Shown: piece by piece, positions 9,147-17,801 of the stretch
How positions within the stretch are numbered: position 1 is the stretch's first letter
How the letters are laid out: each line of letters starts with the position of its first letter
DNA from: a virus
Strand: one strand, 5' to 3'
Virus genome (UHGV): UHGV-1599541
Length of the DNA: 24,846 bases
Program-made: the position numbers and the translations under genes
Notes under the pieces: generated by a model
The model's database searches: none
What the model was told of the DNA's origin: nothing
Seen by the model: only the letters and a program-made list of their open reading frames with translations

Positions 9147-9992
9147 ATGCTGGCTAAAGTCACTTTCCTGAGCTGTATAACGATGAGCGATTTTACTTTT
9201 TCTGGCTATGAATTAGCCTGCTTTGTAACACACTCCGGTCTATCCCGTAGTGCCGGGCATATCCTGTCGCAATGTGCAAATCTCGCGGCAACAACCAGTG
9301 AATACTTTATTCACAAGCCTCACCGCATGATCGCGGCAGAAACTGGTTATAGCCAATCAACCGTCGTTCGTGCATTCCGTGAAGCTGTAAACAAAGGAAT
9401 CCTGACGGTAGAGATTATTATCGGCGATCACCGTGAACGCTGCGCTAACCTGTACCGGTTTACACCATCCTTTTTAGCCTTCGCACAACAAGCCAAAAAT
9501 GCGCTGATTGAAAGCAAATTAAAGATCTCTTCAGCCGCAACCAAGGTTAAAGCTGTTCTCGCCAAGACATTGGCTTTATTTGATTTTTTATCCACACCCC
9601 CATGTCAAAATGATACCCCCTCCCCCTGTCAGGATGACGTGGCAATAAAGAATAAGAAGTCACAAATTAAAAAAACAAAAAGATCAGTTTCCGGCGGTGC
9701 CGGAACGACCAGCCTCAAAAAACTGACTTCATGGATCGCTGAGGCAAAAGCAAAGGCTGACAATCTGCGGTTATCCAAAAAACGCGCTCAAAAACATGAG
9801 TTCAAGCAGAAAGTAGAGGCAACAGCGCGGAAATATGCTTACCTGAAAAACAAGCATTCTCCTGATATTGGCGGGGTATCAAACTTCGATAATCTGCCGC
9901 ATTGCATGACGGTAAACGAAGCTCTTAATGCGGTTTTAGCCAAAAATAAAGATAACGAACAATGGGGTATACCGGCAGGATTCAGAGGGTGA
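9147..9992 (+). CDS. repL: Lytic replicon initiator RepL-like protein (281 aa)
   Basis: ORF track; immediately downstream of kilA as in the P1 kilA-repL operon, and matching size. No independent motif recognised, so the call rests on synteny; start codon is uncertain because no clear SD is present. Confidence 0.55.
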   Translation: MLAKVTFLSCITMSDFTFSGYELACFVTHSGLSRSAGHILSQCANLAATTSEYFIHKPHRMIAAETGYSQSTVVRAFREAVNKGILTVEIIIGDHRERCANLYRFTPSFLAFAQQAKNALIESKLKISSAATKVKAVLAKTLALFDFLSTPPCQNDTPSPCQDDVAIKNKKSQIKKTKRSVSGGAGTTSLKKLTSWIAEAKAKADNLRLSKKRAQKHEFKQKVEATARKYAYLKNKHSPDIGGVSNFDNLPHCMTVNEALNAVLAKNKDNEQWGIPAGFRG

Positions 9993-10042
9993 TAGATTGC
10001 TCTAATCTGGAGTCACCTGGCGTTTTCAGTTTGAGGTCGGAG

Positions 10043-10288
10043 ATGCAATCTGATTTTTTACAGTTAGCGATCGCTTTTGCAGGATATGTTTGTATTGGCT
10101 TCTGTGTATACATGATCAGCCGAAAAATGCTTGTCGATATCGACCGCAAAGAACGAGCAGAGGAGACCTTAATATGGATTTTCTTTGGCGCGGTCTGGCC
10201 ATTAGGGGTCATGTTTGCTGCAACATTTCTTCTGATGTGGATATTCACCCTTCCAGGTGATTTCTATAGAAAAAAAGCCAGACATTGA
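10043..10288 (+). CDS. Small two-helix membrane protein (81 aa from internal ATG; rlfA-position gene)
   Basis: ORF 9962-10288 in the track; the ATG at 10043 has SD GAGG 10034-10037; two hydrophobic segments (LAIAFAGYVCIGFCVYMI and IWIFFGAVWPLGVMFAATFLLMWIF). Confidence 0.4.
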   Translation: MQSDFLQLAIAFAGYVCIGFCVYMISRKMLVDIDRKERAEETLIWIFFGAVWPLGVMFAATFLLMWIFTLPGDFYRKKARH

Positions 10289-10470
10289 TACAATCGTTGC
10301 GGGTGCTTGAGGCTATCTGCTTCAGGCATTACCCGAAAAGCAGATAGAAGAAAGCCCCAGATAACATTACGCGTCCTGCAAGACGCTTAACATTAATCTG
10401 AGGCCATATCTATGCTTAGCATACGTAGATTAACCCTCTCCCATTTTAAGGAGCAAGGAATTTTTTACTG

Positions 10471-11103
10471 CTATGCCGCATTTCCAATTATGGATTCAGC
10501 GACCAGAACAACCCCATGCTTACTTCGATCTGGGTGTTCACTCCATATCTCGGATTCAGGAATACTTACCCCGTCATAGCAAACACGTTCGCCGTCAAAC
10601 GGGTAATACTGAGCGGCATCGGTGTCGAGGATAAACACTTTTAGCTCGGAAGAGCGACGGGCGATGTGTTGCCAAAGAGCTTTTCCACCTTCGTATTGCT
10701 CATTATCACTGAGCAAAACAACACCAGCCTTTGAGGCTACGGTTTCGTAAACAAAAGTAGCTAAACCGACATCCCGGACAGTTCCATCAACCACGATACC
10801 TTCAATCTGGGCAACATCGCTATCCTCCCAGAACTTCCTTACCAGTACGCCTTCAAGCTGCGGGCGACGTTGAAGTTCAAGAGTAGCGACAACCTTATGC
10901 CGCATATCACCATCGATAACAGAAGGCGCAGCCTCTATTACAGCTGCAAATGGGGTTTTGGAATCCCATATAACCTGGTAAAGCACACCCTGGATGGTAA
11001 CTCCGTCCAGGATCGAAAATCGACGAGCGACAGTACCCGGGGAGTACGACATTGGAATCACAGCCATTTTAGAGTCCCCCTTTAACAGTACAGGCACAAA
11101 CAT
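10471..11103 (-). CDS. Hypothetical morphogenesis-operon protein (210 aa)
   Basis: ORF track; last gene of the minus-strand operon; the real start may be the internal Met (MAVIPMS...). Confidence 0.5.
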   Translation of the reverse strand: MFVPVLLKGDSKMAVIPMSYSPGTVARRFSILDGVTIQGVLYQVIWDSKTPFAAVIEAAPSVIDGDMRHKVVATLELQRRPQLEGVLVRKFWEDSDVAQIEGIVVDGTVRDVGLATFVYETVASKAGVVLLSDNEQYEGGKALWQHIARRSSELKVFILDTDAAQYYPFDGERVCYDGVSIPESEIWSEHPDRSKHGVVLVAESIIGNAA

Positions 11104-11195
11104 CTACCTCAATAATTGTAGTTTATTAGAACATTAATAATCTAACATAAAACTCCAGACAATGTTATCGATGCATGTTTATATAAAATAGTTAT

Positions 11196-11220
11196 AAAAA
11201 AAGCTCCCGAAGGAGCTTTA
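11196..11220 (-). terminator. Rho-independent terminator (hairpin flanked by A and T runs)
   Basis: AAAAA-AAGCTCC-CGAA-GGAGCTT-TAAAA; on the minus strand the hairpin is followed by a U-run. Confidence 0.6.
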
Positions 11221-11238
11221 AAATACAAGGGATGACTC

Positions 11239-11748
11239 TTAATCCCACTCAATCCAGTTGTAGACGATACGAAGTGACGGGCGCACAGCGGCAGTCACAT
11301 CTTCGGTACTAAAGTCGATTGCATCACTGTAGATTTTGCAGTCCAACATTTCAATTGTTGTAGCAGCTTTTGTCACAGCGTTAACCCCGGAAGATTTGGA
11401 TTCAGGGGTAGCAGCCATCGTGATATCAACATAGTCCTTCGCCGCAATGCGATCCTTAATGAACTGAAGAATATCGCCTTCGATAGTCTCCACGCACTGG
11501 ACCTGGACTTCCCCGGAGTTTCGAATTGGACCGTGCTGGTTGAACTTCACACCATTCGGACCATAGTCCTCCACATCCTCGCGGGTCATTTCAGGGATTT
11601 GCGACGTGCGAACCAGTACGCTGATATCTTCATGGCCTGCAAAAGTGAGCTGGAATTCAGAAGATACCAGTCGTTCGCCTTTGGCCGCGTTGGCAGTATA
11701 GCGGCCCTTAATAAATTTACGGTTTCCCTTAGTGTTATTGTGCCCCAT
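11239..11748 (-). CDS. Putative tail tube/baseplate structural protein (169 aa)
   Basis: ORF track; SD AAGGA 7 nt upstream; size and context inside the tail operon. No catalytic motif seen. Confidence 0.5.
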   Translation of the reverse strand: MGHNNTKGNRKFIKGRYTANAAKGERLVSSEFQLTFAGHEDISVLVRTSQIPEMTREDVEDYGPNGVKFNQHGPIRNSGEVQVQCVETIEGDILQFIKDRIAAKDYVDITMAATPESKSSGVNAVTKAATTIEMLDCKIYSDAIDFSTEDVTAAVRPSLRIVYNWIEWD

Positions 11749-11759
11749 ATAAAATCCTT

Positions 11760-12341
11760 TTACTGGAACGCCCGAACAATATCGGAGCTGTTATATATCG
11801 AAGAACCGGTCAACTGGAGGTTGACGGTGTTTTTCAGGAAATATCCATTACTGTCCCTTGGCGCATCGAGATCAAAACTTAAGTCCTGGATAGCGACATC
11901 GGTGATGTTGATCCGGCGACCAATGTTTAGCGTCACACGCTCCGGGATTCGACCACCAATACTGGCATCTTTAAGTTCCGGGCTAATCATGGCTGTCAAC
12001 GCGGCGATAGCGCCTGAAACTTCAATGAATGGATTGTTCAAAGCAATGAAAGTTACGGGCAGCGTGAACGTCGGCGGTGTCCCCCCTTCCCAAACCATTA
12101 AGCTGTTCCAACGGGCAACCGACGTTGTTTCAGTACCTACTTGCACAAAACCCCCCAGAGCACCAGAAACAGATCCCATGGACATACCGGTAAACGGCGC
12201 TTCCCAATTCTGGGCCATGTTCATTGCCGCCCCCTGGCTGATATATCCGGTAACCTGATACTGAGAGTTCGTTAAAGTAACTTTCAGATATGGCGATACA
12301 CCGTCAGCCTGGCTGTAAACCCCATAAGCTATAGGAGCCAT
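11760..12341 (-). CDS. Putative tail structural protein (193 aa)
   Basis: ORF track; preceded by an SD-hairpin-AUG arrangement (12339-12379). Confidence 0.5.
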   Translation of the reverse strand: MAPIAYGVYSQADGVSPYLKVTLTNSQYQVTGYISQGAAMNMAQNWEAPFTGMSMGSVSGALGGFVQVGTETTSVARWNSLMVWEGGTPPTFTLPVTFIALNNPFIEVSGAIAALTAMISPELKDASIGGRIPERVTLNIGRRINITDVAIQDLSFDLDAPRDSNGYFLKNTVNLQLTGSSIYNSSDIVRAFQ

Positions 12342-12376
12342 TCAAGTTAAAGGCCGGAGTTCCCCGGCCTCCTCCT

Positions 12377-13192
12377 TTAGCCAAGGCGCTTACGGCGCAG
12401 TTTCATTGACTTTTTGCGGGCAAGTTTTGCCGCGCCAGTCTGGGCTTTTCGACGCGCTTTTTTCAGCGCCGATTTTTGAGCCGCAGTCAGACGTTTTTTA
12501 CGCAGGCGTTTACGGATGAGTTTGATCTCACCGTTACGAACAACCTTCTTAAATGCTTCAGTCAGCATTTCATCAGAAGTGCCAGCAACAACAAACGCCG
12601 CTTCCAGTTCGTCACGGTCGTCGCTATCTAAACCAGCGATAGAGGCACCAACATCAGCAGCTGCGTCGTCGTCTTCATCGTCAGCCAGTGCTTCGATCAG
12701 GTCATCATCTACACCGCATGCTGCGAGGAAGTCAGCAACATTTGCCCATGCTTCGTTATAGGCATCGTCCTGTTCTTCTGTAACTTCGGAGTCGTCGTCA
12801 TCAGAGATACCAGCGATAGCCTGAACGAAACCATCAAGGGAGTCGAAAGTCAGATCACCGCTATCAGCCCAGGCGAAAACGGCGTCGGCCGCATCACTCA
12901 ACGCATTCTGCATAGCACTTCGATTTGCAGCTTCCAGAATCATCTGGTGCGCCTGTTCAACGGTCCATTCTTTACCTTCTTTCCCTTCCAGGATTTGCCC
13001 AGGAGCCTGGTCAGGTGGAACGTTCTCGTTAATCTGTGCCGCCGGTTCCGGATTATTATTAATAACCGGATCTGTTGGCGGTTCGGCGCTTGCCCGGGCA
13101 GACTCCATCAGCTGTACAGGATCAGAGTTCAAAGCGAAACGGGACAGTCCATTCCCCAAAAATGCCCCGGATTGAAAAAAGTTTTTGCTCAT
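12377..13192 (-). CDS. Highly acidic protein with polybasic C-terminal tail (271 aa); position of P1 gene 21
   Basis: ORF track; SD AAGGGA; Asp/Glu-rich tracts (SDDDDSEVTEEQDD, ADDEDDDAAADV, DSDDRDELE) followed by a C-terminal about 45 aa that are K/R-rich (KLIRKRLRKKRLTAAQKSALKKARRKAQTGAAKLARKKSMKLRRKRLG). Confidence 0.6.
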   Translation of the reverse strand: MSKNFFQSGAFLGNGLSRFALNSDPVQLMESARASAEPPTDPVINNNPEPAAQINENVPPDQAPGQILEGKEGKEWTVEQAHQMILEAANRSAMQNALSDAADAVFAWADSGDLTFDSLDGFVQAIAGISDDDDSEVTEEQDDAYNEAWANVADFLAACGVDDDLIEALADDEDDDAAADVGASIAGLDSDDRDELEAAFVVAGTSDEMLTEAFKKVVRNGEIKLIRKRLRKKRLTAAQKSALKKARRKAQTGAAKLARKKSMKLRRKRLG

Positions 13193-13201
13193 TGTATTCC
13201 C

Positions 13202-14791
13202 TTACTTAATAAGCAGCGGTACGCCCTGGATACGACGGGCTACGCCAGTCGGGCAGCAGGCCCAGACTACTTCCCATTTATCGAATTCCGCCTGCGTAAC
13301 TTTCAGCACATACGGTTCTGTACCGTCAGCATCAGGATCACGAGGAGCCACCAGAGCGCCGGAGGCGACAAAGCGATCTAAAAGTTTGGTCATCCCTTTA
13401 GTCAGGCCAGCCGCAGTAATACCGTCCGGGCTATGCTTCATCTGGCGGGCTAACTGGACAAAGAAACGGCTGATTGCATTCATCAGGGATGGGACGTGCT
13501 GGAAGTGCAGATAGTTATCCTGCGTGCAGCAAGTTAAAGCATCGTCGATGATCATCTGGCCAGAGGTGCCAACAGATACTTTATTGAGACGGCCCTTGAC
13601 CATTGCTTCTTCGTCCGGGGTATCTTCCGGATACAGCGGTTGAATTGACGCACGAGCAATGACGGCACGTTCTTCACCAGCCGGTGAGTAATGCCAACCG
13701 CCGACATCAGAGTTTTTCTTGACGCCACGAGCTTTCGCCGCGTACGCCACGCCAGACAGACCAAAGACCACACGGGATTGGGTCCATTTGTCTTTGCAGG
13801 AGAACGGGTAGTGATAGACAGAACAGCTTACATAATCGGTACCAAGTAAACCGGTATCTTCAACAGCAGACAGCGCTTCCGTGTACGTCAATGTCGGTTT
13901 AACATCAAAGAAGCCATCAATCAGGCGATCAGAACAGATATTACCTAACGCAGTGATCGCCGCATTGTCATAGCAGCCCAGGCCAAGAACAGCGGTGTAC
14001 ATGTACGGGGCATTGTTCAGCACTTTCACCGCACGCAGGTACGCAGCAGTTGAGATTTTCGATTGATCACCGTTGGTACCACCGGTGAACGCCAACGATT
14101 TTTTGTTTGTTACTTTCGCTGTCGAAATCAGCTCTTCATTAACAACCGCGCGCAGATATTTAGAACGGGCTTCCAGAGCCGTAGGCAGATAACACAAGCG
14201 GCCCATGTCATCTTTCGCTTCTTCCGCCAAAGACACAGTGTGTGTCTCCAGGGTCGTTACCACACCGAGCGAAGTCGTCTGGGTCAGTTTTAAGAGGAAG
14301 CGTTCATTGCCCGCACTGTCCGCTGTTGCCGTTTCGATGGTTAACTCACGGGTAGGTGAAATACACGGATCACCATCATCAACGTAGATAGCAAAGGCTT
14401 CGCCGCTATCAAGTTCAATTTCAGAACCGTATGGCAACGCACTGTAAGCCGGTTCGCCTGATTCATCGAACATAATAATCGGGAACTTCGCATCATCCGG
14501 AACAGCACGGACAACATAACCAGACGTTTGCTGAATAGCTTCGTACACATGACGAATTGGTTCGAACTGTGAGCCGGAAGACGGTTTCAGCGGTTCGCCG
14601 AGAACATCTTCGTAATTGGACTCAGTAACAGCGAGAACAGTAAACGGCTTGCCACGCGCAAATACGCCAATACCAGCCCACAAGCTGCTATTTAATGCAA
14701 CACCGGTAGATAACGTCGCATCGGCATTGATCTGGCTAACCGCGACGCCGGATGCATTACCTAATGACTGTTGAATTGAATATTGAGACAT
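13202..14791 (-). CDS. Putative contractile tail sheath protein (529 aa)
   Basis: ORF track; size about 57 kDa and position next to small tail proteins; assignment by size and synteny with the P1 23-22-21 operon as I recall it, not by a verified motif. Confidence 0.5.
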   Translation of the reverse strand: MSQYSIQQSLGNASGVAVSQINADATLSTGVALNSSLWAGIGVFARGKPFTVLAVTESNYEDVLGEPLKPSSGSQFEPIRHVYEAIQQTSGYVVRAVPDDAKFPIIMFDESGEPAYSALPYGSEIELDSGEAFAIYVDDGDPCISPTRELTIETATADSAGNERFLLKLTQTTSLGVVTTLETHTVSLAEEAKDDMGRLCYLPTALEARSKYLRAVVNEELISTAKVTNKKSLAFTGGTNGDQSKISTAAYLRAVKVLNNAPYMYTAVLGLGCYDNAAITALGNICSDRLIDGFFDVKPTLTYTEALSAVEDTGLLGTDYVSCSVYHYPFSCKDKWTQSRVVFGLSGVAYAAKARGVKKNSDVGGWHYSPAGEERAVIARASIQPLYPEDTPDEEAMVKGRLNKVSVGTSGQMIIDDALTCCTQDNYLHFQHVPSLMNAISRFFVQLARQMKHSPDGITAAGLTKGMTKLLDRFVASGALVAPRDPDADGTEPYVLKVTQAEFDKWEVVWACCPTGVARRIQGVPLLIK

Positions 14792-14851
14792 AACTTTCCC
14801 TGTTATGCGCCCCGCACGGGGGCGCTATGTTAAACGGAGAACTTCCCCTGA

Positions 14852-16579
14852 TTACTCAGAGTCACCGGCATCAATCGTGTTACCGGTCAGGAAGTTAATC
14901 CCGCCATTTTTGGCCATAGTCAGAGTTACACGGGTGAAGTAGTCAGCGCCGTTACGTGGGTGCATATCGTTGATAGCCGACCCCCACAGAGTGGTTCGGT
15001 TGACCAGTGCCGGGGTGGTTGGATGCTGGAATGGGATAGCTGGAACTGCATCACCAGTCACAAAACCCGCTTTGCCCGGATTTTCATCACGGACGTAGCA
15101 CAGCACATCCATCGGGCTGAACTGAATACCTTCGGCGGTCAGGTTCGTGCAAATACCTTCTGGTACTTCGAACACTTTGACGTTACCGAACAGAGTGCCA
15201 ATGTAGTGAACGTATGGTGTCTGGATATAATCTTCTGCTGGCTGGAAGAAATCCTTCGGCAACTGTTTGAAGAAAGATGCCGCATCAGCACCGGCATACA
15301 TACCCATCGCACCAGAAGATCGAACGCGCTCAATAATGCCGCGATATACCGTCTGGAATTTGCCGCGAATGATCGTTGCCCACACATCAAAGGACTGGTT
15401 AACCGGCAGCGCAATGTCAAAGGAGTCGGTAGCCAGAGTTCGCCAGATCATGATACGAAGACGAAGCATATCCTGTTCATGGGACAGGTATTCCTTCAGG
15501 GTGCGGAACTGTAGGGAACCGAGGTCAAGACCAAATTCACGCTGTGCTTCATACGCCGCCTGTACCGTGTGCTCAGCCGCGATGACGAACTGGCTTGGGA
15601 ACAGGGTGTAACTCTTCATTTCGTGGTTGATAAGTGGGATCAGCTCAGGAGCGGCTTCAATATTGATCTCCGCCTCAATGGCGATCTCTGTACCTTTATC
15701 AGGCGCTTTGGAGAACGACAGGGCAATCTGTCCAATGTTGTAGTTCAGAGAGCAGGTAACAGTGATTTGTTCGCCAGCTTTGTTATTGAATGTGTGAAGC
15801 AGAGTACCGGAGCCGTTATCAACAACAGACTTAATACGGTTAACGTAGATATTTGTACGGCCTTTGCGGATCGGGACATTCTGGCCTTCAAAGTCTTCCA
15901 TCTTGAAGGTTGCGGTTTTGCTGGTGCCATCGGAACTTGCCACCAGCACATAGCGGCGGCGCAGTTGGCTGTACACACCAACAGATTGCATATCCAGAAC
16001 ATCACCCGAAGCATAAGAACCAAAAGAGGAACCCGCTACGTTAAAGATTTCATAGATTTCGGACTTGTCACGCGTAACCGGAATGAAGGTACACGCATCA
16101 GCGGTAGCTGCCCCCAACTGAACAGGCAGGATCATCGCGAGGAATAAAGGCAGACGCATAACACCGTCAGAAACGCTCATCATCTCTGCTGCGACGGATT
16201 CCAGCATCGCTTTATTAGTGGCATCCATGCTATTGCGGGTGGACTCAATCAGGCAGTTTTCCAGCGTCTGGTGGCAGGAGGCCAGAATTTCCGGACGCGG
16301 CATAGATTTATGTGCTGCGGCGTAGTCAGCCAGTGCACTTGCCCACGCTGTAGCGATTTGAGCGGTGGCATTATCAGAGATACCCGCAAAAATTGGGTCT
16401 TTACGTGCAGCTTCAAGGATAGATGCGGCACGCGCGGCATCATCTTTAATGAATTGGTTATCAGTACCGAACTGCGCAGTGCTTGCCCAGCCAAGCACAG
16501 CTTTAGAGCGTTTTGCGATATCTGCAATACGATTCTGGTATTCGCGTAAGTTACTCAATTTACTCTTCCTTAAACACAA
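14852..16579 (-). CDS. Putative major head protein precursor (about 570 aa); start codon uncertain
   Basis: ORF track starts at a TTG (16579); a better-placed TTG at 16558-16556 follows SD AAGGAAG by 6 nt. Size about 62 kDa and position upstream of sheath fit the P1 gene 23 slot. Confidence 0.5.
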   Translation of the reverse strand: MCLRKSKLSNLREYQNRIADIAKRSKAVLGWASTAQFGTDNQFIKDDAARAASILEAARKDPIFAGISDNATAQIATAWASALADYAAAHKSMPRPEILASCHQTLENCLIESTRNSMDATNKAMLESVAAEMMSVSDGVMRLPLFLAMILPVQLGAATADACTFIPVTRDKSEIYEIFNVAGSSFGSYASGDVLDMQSVGVYSQLRRRYVLVASSDGTSKTATFKMEDFEGQNVPIRKGRTNIYVNRIKSVVDNGSGTLLHTFNNKAGEQITVTCSLNYNIGQIALSFSKAPDKGTEIAIEAEINIEAAPELIPLINHEMKSYTLFPSQFVIAAEHTVQAAYEAQREFGLDLGSLQFRTLKEYLSHEQDMLRLRIMIWRTLATDSFDIALPVNQSFDVWATIIRGKFQTVYRGIIERVRSSGAMGMYAGADAASFFKQLPKDFFQPAEDYIQTPYVHYIGTLFGNVKVFEVPEGICTNLTAEGIQFSPMDVLCYVRDENPGKAGFVTGDAVPAIPFQHPTTPALVNRTTLWGSAINDMHPRNGADYFTRVTLTMAKNGGINFLTGNTIDAGDSE

Positions 16580-16694
16580 GGCACTTGTGTGAATCCCTTT
16601 TCGGAAGAGATTTTATTGAAAGTCACTTGTTGACTTTCTCGTGACAAGCAATTTTTTTATTTTTTTCGGGAGTAGGGGAGGAAGGTAAAATCCA

Positions 16695-16782
16695 AGGTGA
16701 AATCGTGGCGATTTCACCTTGAAATTTTAGAGAGATTTACCTTAAAAACAGTAGGTTAATAGTGAAATTTGAATGGCGAAAG
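16695..16782. other. parS: parS partition site (centromere) downstream of parB
   Basis: Heptamer box A ATTTCAC/GTGAAAT at 16697-16703, 16711-16717, 16763-16769 and hexamer box B TGGCGA at 16706-16711, 16775-16780, flanking an AT-rich stretch; 10-bp inverted repeat GGTGAAATCG..CGATTTCACC. Confidence 0.75.
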
Positions 16783-16783
16783 T

Positions 16784-17785
16784 TTAAGGCTTCGGCTTTT
16801 TATCGAGGCTCTTTCTAAGGATATGCCCAATCATCCTGTCGAGTTCTTCCTGTAACTCTTTTGAAAGTCGATTAAACTCATAAGAAAATGCACGGCCTTT
16901 CACGCGCTTCCTTGCAAAGCGATCCTTGTCCTCAAATTTCCATAATTCAGTAACTACGGACTTATCTTTAGAACCTTTATCCGTGAGTAGTGAGGCTTCC
17001 TTTGTTATCAAGCGCAGGATTTTATTTTTAACTTCATCTTCGGCCATTTCTTCAATGGATAAGATGTCGTTTATTTCCGGGGATATGTTTTGAATAAGCT
17101 GATCAAACTCTAAATTCTTGTTCCCCATTTCGTCGCCAACAGCACAAAGCGTTTTGTAGTCCGAAAAGGTCAATTCCGACTGCACAGGGAAAAGGGCGAC
17201 TAATTCTTCCGGAGCACTCGCTGCCTGGAGAGCACGCGTGACCTTCGCCTGAGATAGCCCTTCTTTGGCTGCAATATCCTTCTGACTCATCCCATCATTT
17301 TTCATTCGCATCAAACGCAGACCTATTTCTCGAATGCTGTGCTGCAATGCTGTCTGAACGTCTTTCGCTAAATTTTGCGCTTCCTGGACGCTGATCTCCT
17401 GGTCCGTGACTAAAACCCGCAACCCTACGTTCTCTAAGATGGCAGAAGCTCGACGCCGGGAACCATCCAAAATTTCAATTTTCCCTGTAGCACGTCTAAC
17501 ACCTATTGCAGGGTAAAATTGCTGATGCTTAATAGTGCTTCGGATACTTTTTAATGATTTTGGCGTAAGAGATGCCTGGTCACGCCCGTTGTTATGCTGA
17601 TCAACAAAGGTATCGCTTTCTACCTGGTTCGGAGGAATTACCTCCTCGATAAATGTGGCCTGGCGACCAGTAGATAACTTGAATACCTGCTCGACTCGAT
17701 CGCCAGAGGCTGAAGAACTATCAAATCCGCTTAATATTGAAGGATTAAGGGTTCGCCCAATTGTTGGTCTGTTTTTCTTTGACAT
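16784..17785 (-). CDS. parB: Partition protein ParB (333 aa)
   Basis: ORF track; recognised as P1-type ParB (MSKKNRPTIGRTLNPSILSGFDSSSASG...); directly downstream of parA and upstream of parS. Confidence 0.9.
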   Translation of the reverse strand: MSKKNRPTIGRTLNPSILSGFDSSSASGDRVEQVFKLSTGRQATFIEEVIPPNQVESDTFVDQHNNGRDQASLTPKSLKSIRSTIKHQQFYPAIGVRRATGKIEILDGSRRRASAILENVGLRVLVTDQEISVQEAQNLAKDVQTALQHSIREIGLRLMRMKNDGMSQKDIAAKEGLSQAKVTRALQAASAPEELVALFPVQSELTFSDYKTLCAVGDEMGNKNLEFDQLIQNISPEINDILSIEEMAEDEVKNKILRLITKEASLLTDKGSKDKSVVTELWKFEDKDRFARKRVKGRAFSYEFNRLSKELQEELDRMIGHILRKSLDKKPKP

Positions 17786-17801
17786 GGGGGTTTCTTACTC
17801 C

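Noticed and set aside
10446-10458. 13-mer TTAAGGAGCAAGG shared with the SD region of the 293-aa gene (RC of 3937-3949)
   Set aside because: A single 13-mer match is expected by chance several times in a 25-kb window on both strands; there is no supporting ORF with correct spacing.
11533-12258. 241-aa plus-strand ORF, and similar long antisense ORFs at 14960-15514, 15569-16147, 17761-18237, 7576-8016 and 3274-3732
   Set aside because: Each lies antisense to a well-supported gene and crosses gene boundaries or lacks an SD; they are shadow ORFs of the opposite-strand coding sequence.
16618-16638. 8-bp inverted repeat GAAAGTCA..TGACTTTC followed by a TAAAAT -10-like hexamer upstream of the putative head gene, as a candidate late-promoter activator site
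   Set aside because: An 8-bp inverted repeat with a short loop occurs by chance many times at this sequence length, and I cannot recall the late-promoter consensus reliably enough to assert a match; left as unproven.
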